The notes below the pieces were generated by a model. That model had not been told where the DNA came from. It did no database searches and saw nothing but the letters and a program-made list of their open reading frames with translations. Shown here piece after piece: positions 18,379 through 23,894 of a stretch of DNA of 23,894 nt. The translations under genes and the position numbers were made by a program. Positions within the stretch are counted from its first letter, which is position 1; each line of letters begins with the position of its first letter. This DNA is from Myxococcota bacterium (GTDB taxonomy: Bacteria > Myxococcota > SpSt-1050), in NCBI GenBank assembly GCA_049969675.1, contig JBMFOP010000051.1:1-23894 (forward strand). Reading direction: 5' to 3'.

Positions 18379-20538
18379 TCATTCTATTACCTGACAGCCA
18401 CATCCAGCCTCTGACATACCTGTGTCTACGACCTCGCCCTTAAATACATATACGCATTCCTTATTCACACATATCAGGTCCCTTTTACAATCTGAATCCT
18501 TATGACATTCTCCACCAATGTCTGATATACATCTCTTATCCTCACACACAAGACCACTCAAACAATCAAGGTTACTCTCACACTCAAAATCCAAAAGGCC
18601 ACGGCAGTAATTATTCACACAGGACATATTCTCTTTACAATCTCGTTTATCCTCACAAACGCCTATCTTTAATGCCATTCTCATTGATTCATACGCATCC
18701 ACCAGACCATAACCCCATCTATAATCAAAACCACTAAAATTGTCGTTTGGTTTTGAGGCCGTAATTCTGATAATCCTCTTAATCTCATTTGAGGTCAACT
18801 GCGGATTAACAGATAATAGCAATCCTGCAACACCCGCTATATGAGGGCATGCCATAGATGTCCCCTGCATAGCAATATGAAATCTATCCACCTGTGTCCC
18901 AGCCTGAAGCTGTATCGCATCTGAGGAGAAGGCGCTGATAATAATTCTGCCGGGTGCAGCGATATCAGGTTTTTGTCCGGTCCTGCTTTCATCGCCTGTT
19001 GGGCCAATGCTTGAGAAATATGCAATATCTCCCGGATTGTCTTTAAGTGTATGGACATTTCGGTCTATATCAATATATTCTTTTCTTGAAACCGCAGCCG
19101 CAACCGTAATTACATAAGGGGAGGTGGCTGGCATACCTATTGTTCTGATAGAATCCCCGGGGACAAGTCCGTTATCGTTCCTGTCTGAAAATGAAGAACC
19201 ACCGGAGAAGAAATCTTCATCGGCAAACCATGCATCAAAATATGTATCTCCCGCAACCTTTATATAAAATTCATTATCTGAATTTACACAATCTGAACAA
19301 TTCTTATTTATCAATATCAAATACATTACCTTATCACTCGGTGGATAGTATGCCGAATCAAAATAGACCTCCGCATATTTCTTACCCTGATGTATAATAG
19401 GTAAAGAGGTGGAACCATTCCCATCAAATGCCTCGGTCTCTGCAAGTTCTGTAAGGACATCGCTCTGAATCCCAATTTTTACCAGAATTGAGGTATAATT
19501 AGGCTTCCAGAGATTTATTATCGCTGGATTTGAGGAATTCTTAAGATTCAGAATAGTCTTTTTAGGGTTATAATCTGCCGTATATCCTAAATGTATATTT
19601 GAAGAACCTTCATTCCCCGCAGCCACCACAATCACCTTCCCCTTCGCCTCTCCCCTTTCAAGCATATCTGCTATTGCAATCTCCTCTGTTGAATTTCCAT
19701 CGTGAGGGCCATAATGACCTCCAAGACTCATATTAATCACCACCGGCATCTTTAAAGATTCAGCCCGTTTCAAAATATATTCTATTCCATCTACAAGATT
19801 CTCAAATGTCCCGCTCTTCGCCACGATATATACGCCCTCAGGCGCCACACCTTTATATCGCTTTGAATCTGATCCCATTATTCCACAGCAATGGGTTCCA
19901 TGCCCTATTATATCCTTATATGGGCACTCCTTTGAATTTAGCCTTTCAGGGCCACACTCATCACCATAACCATATTCTGGGGGAGAGTTCTTATTCTCTG
20001 GATTTATATCCTGATACCAGATATATTTTGTGCGCATATCTCCATCATTGGAGATAAAATCCTGATGTGTATAATCCAGACCGGTATCTGTTATACCGAG
20101 CACAACCCCCTTCCCTGTAACAGGAAATGGAAGTCTGAATGCAGAATGCACCAGATCAGCCTTAATAAATGGTATACTCTTATCCAGATATAGTTTCTTG
20201 GGGGTAGCAATTCCGATATACCTCACCTCTGAGAATTTCTGAATTATAGGAATATCCCTGAGGTCAGTTCTTCCAATCAAGATATTTGAATGAACCCTGA
20301 ATTCATACCCCATCTCTTTTAGATTTAAGATAGTTTTAGAGGGGTCATCAGAGATAATGTGTATAGTGGTCTTAAATCTGTCCACATTGATTAGAGTAGA
20401 TTCTATATTTACCTTTGAAATCAATATTCCTTTATTTATCAAAGTGTGCTTTAATAAAGGGTCCAATTTACTATCATCAGAGTAAGCGCTGGCAGAATTA
20501 AGAATGAAAAATACAATGGCAAAAAACGATGTTTTCAT
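18379..20538 (-). CDS. Secreted S8 (subtilisin-like) serine peptidase with an insertion domain, three Cys-rich repeats and a GCGC C-terminus
   Basis: Signal peptide; triad ITDTG, GHGTHCCG, GTSMACPH; AAGNEG; about 150-aa insert within the catalytic domain; three C-x5-C-x5-C-x4-C repeats; ends EAGCGCQVIE. Confidence 0.93.
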   Translation of the reverse strand: MKTSFFAIVFFILNSASAYSDDSKLDPLLKHTLINKGILISKVNIESTLINVDRFKTTIHIISDDPSKTILNLKEMGYEFRVHSNILIGRTDLRDIPIIQKFSEVRYIGIATPKKLYLDKSIPFIKADLVHSAFRLPFPVTGKGVVLGITDTGLDYTHQDFISNDGDMRTKYIWYQDINPENKNSPPEYGYGDECGPERLNSKECPYKDIIGHGTHCCGIMGSDSKRYKGVAPEGVYIVAKSGTFENLVDGIEYILKRAESLKMPVVINMSLGGHYGPHDGNSTEEIAIADMLERGEAKGKVIVVAAGNEGSSNIHLGYTADYNPKKTILNLKNSSNPAIINLWKPNYTSILVKIGIQSDVLTELAETEAFDGNGSTSLPIIHQGKKYAEVYFDSAYYPPSDKVMYLILINKNCSDCVNSDNEFYIKVAGDTYFDAWFADEDFFSGGSSFSDRNDNGLVPGDSIRTIGMPATSPYVITVAAAVSRKEYIDIDRNVHTLKDNPGDIAYFSSIGPTGDESRTGQKPDIAAPGRIIISAFSSDAIQLQAGTQVDRFHIAMQGTSMACPHIAGVAGLLLSVNPQLTSNEIKRIIRITASKPNDNFSGFDYRWGYGLVDAYESMRMALKIGVCEDKRDCKENMSCVNNYCRGLLDFECESNLDCLSGLVCEDKRCISDIGGECHKDSDCKRDLICVNKECVYVFKGEVVDTGMSEAGCGCQVIE

Positions 20539-20624
20539 ATAAATTAATCTCCCAGGGAACAGATTGGTATATCTATAACATTAAAAGGAAATTTTCACAA
20601 TACCAATCACCTCACTTTATTTAA

Positions 20625-20653
20625 TTGATATAGTTTCAACTTTTGTGTATTAG
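20625..20653 (+). promoter_or_regulatory. Putative sigma70 promoter of the acyl-CoA synthetase gene
   Basis: TTGATA, 17 nt ending TGTG, TATTAG. Confidence 0.4.
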
Positions 20654-20687
20654 TTGGAGTGGAATTATTGATGGAGTGAATTAAATT

Positions 20688-22148
20688 ATGAAAGAGTTTG
20701 AGAGATTCAAAAAGATGTTTTCACCTGAGACAATCGCCGTAGTCGGCGCCTCATATAATTTGAAAAAGTGGGGATTTCATATCCTTCACAACATATTAAA
20801 TGGTGGATACAAAGGGAAGGTCTTCCCTGTAAATATCAGAGGAGAAGATGTCTTGGGACTCAAGGGATACAAAAGTATTAAAGATATTGAGCCCCCGATT
20901 GACCTTGCAATAATAGTGGTCCCGCGAGAGGCACTATTTGATGTATTAAAGGATTGTGTTCAGAAGAAAGTCAACTCAGTATTCGTAGTGACTGCTGGAT
21001 TTGCAGAGCTCGGAGAGGCTGGTAGAAAGATGCAGGAGGATATAAGGGATTTCGCAATGGAGAATGACCTTATGCTCGGAGGACCAAATGGCGAGGGTAT
21101 TGTAAATGCCCGAATCTCCCTCTATGCCCAGATGGCTATACACTACCCCAAGGCGGGTAAGTTGAGCATGGTCTCACAGAGCGGAAATGTAGGTGCTACA
21201 ATGATGCAACTTGCAAATCAGTCCTGCTACGGCTTCAGCAAATTTATCTCAAGTGGAAATGAGGCTGTCCTGAAGCTTCCAGATTATATTGATTTCTTCT
21301 GTAATGATGATGATACAGATGTAATTGTTGCTTACATAGAGGGTATTAAAGATGGAAAGAGATTAATTGAATCTATTTCAAATGCAGTTCAAAAGAAGCG
21401 AGTAATTGTAATTAAGGGGGGGAAGACAGAGGGCGGACTCAAGGCAGCACAGTCCCATACAGGTGCAATGACATCAGATAATGCAATATTTGAGGCGGCT
21501 ATCAAACAGAGCGGTGCAATCTATGTTGATGGGCTTCAGGAACTCTATGACTGTGCCCAGATCCTTGTGAGAGAACCACTCCCTAAGGGGAACAGGGTAG
21601 GAATCCTTACAGTTGGTGGCGGGTGGGGAGTACTCTGTGCAGATGCCTGCGAAAAATATGGTCTGAAGGTTGCAAGACTGAGTGAAAATACATTAAAGAA
21701 ACTTGATACCGTTATGCCCGAGTGGTGGGCGAGGAACAATCCAGTTGATTCGGCTGGCGGTGGGAAGAGAAAAACAATGACTTATGGAGTTGAGGTGCTT
21801 TTGCAGGCAAATGAAGTAGACTCTGTAATTGTACTTGGAAATGCGCTCGGATTTATGTCAACTGCCATAATGAAGAAGTCCCTATATTATGAACAGGGAC
21901 TCAATATGGTCTCAGCCATAATTAAAGATGTTGAGATGGAGGTAGTTGAGGAGTATGATAGACTGCTCAGGACATACAATAAACCGCTTGTACTATCAAC
22001 TGATGCAAAACACAATGCCTATGAAATCAAGAACGAGGTCATACTTGCACTGGAGGAGAGGGGAATTCCAGTCTTTCACTCTCCAGAAAGGGCTGCAAAG
22101 GCTCTGAGCTATCTCACATTCTATGCCAAAAAACGTTATGGATGGTAA
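20688..22148 (+). CDS. Acetate/acyl-CoA ligase (ADP-forming) alpha subunit
   Basis: IAVVGAS, PIDLAII, TAGFAE, GPNGEG, VSQSG, SSGNEA, YIEG, KGGKTEGG..AAQSHTGAM (phospho-His), NNPVD. No ATP-grasp domain. Confidence 0.9.
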   Translation: MKEFERFKKMFSPETIAVVGASYNLKKWGFHILHNILNGGYKGKVFPVNIRGEDVLGLKGYKSIKDIEPPIDLAIIVVPREALFDVLKDCVQKKVNSVFVVTAGFAELGEAGRKMQEDIRDFAMENDLMLGGPNGEGIVNARISLYAQMAIHYPKAGKLSMVSQSGNVGATMMQLANQSCYGFSKFISSGNEAVLKLPDYIDFFCNDDDTDVIVAYIEGIKDGKRLIESISNAVQKKRVIVIKGGKTEGGLKAAQSHTGAMTSDNAIFEAAIKQSGAIYVDGLQELYDCAQILVREPLPKGNRVGILTVGGGWGVLCADACEKYGLKVARLSENTLKKLDTVMPEWWARNNPVDSAGGGKRKTMTYGVEVLLQANEVDSVIVLGNALGFMSTAIMKKSLYYEQGLNMVSAIIKDVEMEVVEEYDRLLRTYNKPLVLSTDAKHNAYEIKNEVILALEERGIPVFHSPERAAKALSYLTFYAKKRYGW

Positions 22149-22155
22149 ATTAATC

Positions 22156-22671
22156 CTACTTTATCTCTTCAAAGAAACCGGTCTTCTTATTCTTATGCAC
22201 ATTATCAAAATGAAAGTATTTCCCATTCATAGAGACATACACACCCTCTTCTAAGAGCTGAACAAAGGCAAGAGAACTGCCCAGATTAAACATCCCATCG
22301 CTAGAGCCAAATCTATATGGAATCATTGCACCAGTGAGGACAATGGTCTTGTGTTTGATTCTCTTCCCGAGATACTTAGCGGTAACCTCCATCGTATCAG
22401 TCCCGTGAGTAATCAAAATCCGTTTATGCGGAGTTGAAATACAATTCTGAAGTATTATCTCTCTATCCGAATCCTTCATATAGAGGCTATCTATCATCAT
22501 CAAGGTCCTTACCTCAATATCCAGCCTGCATCTTCCGAGAGAGAGCATTTCATTTATATGCGTATCCTTAAATATCAGTTCACCAGTTAACTCATTATAT
22601 TCCTTATCAAATGTTCCACCTGTCACGAATATCATTATTTTATTGTCATCTAAATTCTCTCTCCTCTTCAT
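22156..22671 (-). CDS. Short-chain L-asparaginase (N-terminal catalytic domain only)
   Basis: TGGTFDK, THGTDTM, KTIVLTGAM.P..SDG.FNLG; 171 aa; RBS GGAGG. Confidence 0.9.
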   Translation of the reverse strand: MKRRENLDDNKIMIFVTGGTFDKEYNELTGELIFKDTHINEMLSLGRCRLDIEVRTLMMIDSLYMKDSDREIILQNCISTPHKRILITHGTDTMEVTAKYLGKRIKHKTIVLTGAMIPYRFGSSDGMFNLGSSLAFVQLLEEGVYVSMNGKYFHFDNVHKNKKTGFFEEIK

Positions 22672-22869
22672 AAAACCTCCATAGCCGCTTATAGTTATTA
22701 TTATATAAAAATATTGTCAAATTAATAAAGACTTTTTAAAGTCCATAGTTTACAGACGAGAGATAAGAGATCCTACTTCAATTAAGTGCAACCTAATCTA
22801 ATTGATTTTTAGATTAAAAAAAAAAAGAGGGGAATAAGAGAGACGAAGGCAGAGAGAGAGGAATATTAG

Positions 22870-22942
22870 ATTCTTTAATCGTAACTTCTACGCAAAATGC
22901 ACAGAAGATTTTCTAAGACTTTTGGTTTCAGCTATGCCGAAT
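22870..22942 (-). mobile_element. 73-bp MITE/REP-like element, copy 2, flanked by TAG direct repeats
   Basis: 67/73 identical to 4369-4441 in inverted orientation; TAG at 22867-22869 and 22943-22945. Confidence 0.7.
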
Positions 22943-22987
22943 TAGGTAATAGTAAATCTTATACTCTCATCAAAGATAGGACGGGTT

Positions 22988-23533
22988 CTAATATAAATTT
23001 CGCCATTTTTTTATTCCTATATCTCTTAGATAAATCTTCTGTATAGCCACATTTAATTTTGTTAAATTGCAGTCTAAAATGTCCTTTGCATTACTTTCTA
23101 TTATTCCTAAAACCAATTCACTATAAATTTTTGAGCATTTCTCATCTGATGATTCATACCACATACATAAACCTATATATATCATAATTTCATCTGTCCA
23201 TTCGTCGCACCTCCTCAATATGTATAAAGGATTTACATCAGTAACATCTGTATAATTATGCCATTCTCTACCCTTAAAGAATATTACTTTATCATTAGAA
23301 AGACCAAATTTCTTAAAATAATTTATGTAATAATTTTTCAGCTCTTCCGCAGGGAAATCAACATCAACTATGTATTTTATATTTTTTACATCACGCTTGT
23401 TTACAGAGTCATAAATCTCTATTTTCTTATCAGGTATTACTGGCAATATAATACTTTCAAATTTTTTATATTGTTGGTTTTCACATGCAGAAATAAGCAA
23501 ACATATTATCACCATGGTGTTTCGCATCGACAC
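22988..23533 (-). CDS. Hypothetical lipoprotein, candidate immunity protein
   Basis: Short signal with lipobox (MRNTMVIICLLISA-C); very AT-rich; RBS GAGGTG; start (GTG 23533 or ATG 23527) overlaps the end of the upstream ORF. Confidence 0.7.
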   Translation of the reverse strand: MSMRNTMVIICLLISACENQQYKKFESIILPVIPDKKIEIYDSVNKRDVKNIKYIVDVDFPAEELKNYYINYFKKFGLSNDKVIFFKGREWHNYTDVTDVNPLYILRRCDEWTDEIMIYIGLCMWYESSDEKCSKIYSELVLGIIESNAKDILDCNLTKLNVAIQKIYLRDIGIKKWRNLY

Positions 23534-23894
23534 ATATCACCTCTCTTCGTTCCTCCAAAACCAGTCTCTTCAAGATGTCCTCCTGTAACCTTCTCTGCAA
23601 GAACTGGGTCTGTTCTATTCTTTACTATTATTTCATATGATTCTTTTCTTCTTCTCTCCTCCCTTCTTGTTTTACAATCAACTATACAAATAAAAAATGC
23701 CTTCTCATATTTAAGTTGCTCAATAGTAAGATAAGTAGTCTGTGTCAATGCGTACCAATAACATCTACACTTCATATACACAACTCTCTCCCACCTATCT
23801 AACTTCCAGTTGATCTCTGTTTTTATATTTTTAACATTTTCTTCAACTACTGACTCCCATGGTGTTTCTTGATTGCAGAGCTCTTTTAATCCTA
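23509..23894 (-). CDS. Partial CDS, open to the window edge: Cys-rich C-terminal domain, probable Rhs-type toxin tip
   Basis: The frame of ORF 23509-23781 has no stop up to the edge and reads xGLKELCNQETPWESVVEENVKNIKTEINWKLDRWERVVYMKCRC...CRCETPW. The first visible bases are TA-GGA-TTA, i.e. [LIV]-G-L, compatible with an Rhs DPxGL junction. Confidence 0.6.
   Translation of the reverse strand, partial: GLKELCNQETPWESVVEENVKNIKTEINWKLDRWERVVYMKCRCYWYALTQTTYLTIEQLKYEKAFFICIVDCKTRREERRRKESYEIIVKNRTDPVLAEKVTGGHLEETGFGGTKRGDMCRCETPW

Noticed and set aside
22794..22826. TAATCTAA/TTAGATTA hairpin followed by an 11-A run, as a terminator or phase-variable tract
   Set aside because: The stem is AT-rich and no U-tract follows it on either strand; the homopolymer is intergenic and not within a recognisable promoter spacer.
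23258..23734. 158-aa + strand ORF
   Set aside because: Antisense to the toxin-tip and lipoprotein genes, with a composition typical of a shadow frame.

Overview
AT-rich (roughly 35-40% GC by eye) bacterial chromosomal segment. It is most consistent with a low-GC Myxococcota/deltaproteobacterial lineage, judged from a SofG-like GTPase, a DUF6982-like domain and a GCGC C-terminal motif. It carries about 22 CDS and two tRNAs (Leu-CAG, Ala-GGC). Left: a NodU/CmcH carbamoyltransferase plus GT-C glycosyltransferase pair bracketed by a 48-bp inverted repeat next to tRNA-Leu. Middle, mostly minus strand: FHA-DUF6982, pilin-like protein, DUF355, thiolase, Zn-ribbon protein, tRNA-Ala, SGNH hydrolase (+), hutU, a tightly coupled TPR-OMP-dciA-nagB-sofG-PocR kinase run, rsmG, a large S8 protease, an ADP-forming acyl-CoA synthetase alpha subunit (+) and a short asparaginase. 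Right edge: a probable Rhs-type C-terminal toxin with an overlapping lipoprotein immunity gene. The main non-coding discoveries are a 73-bp two-hairpin MITE/REP-like element present twice in inverted orientation and flanked by CTA/TAG, the 48-bp inverted repeat, heptamer tandem repeats, a GC-rich structured element at the left edge, and a shared upstream motif at hutU and at the gene at 8157-8603. All family assignments come from motif recognition, not database searches.
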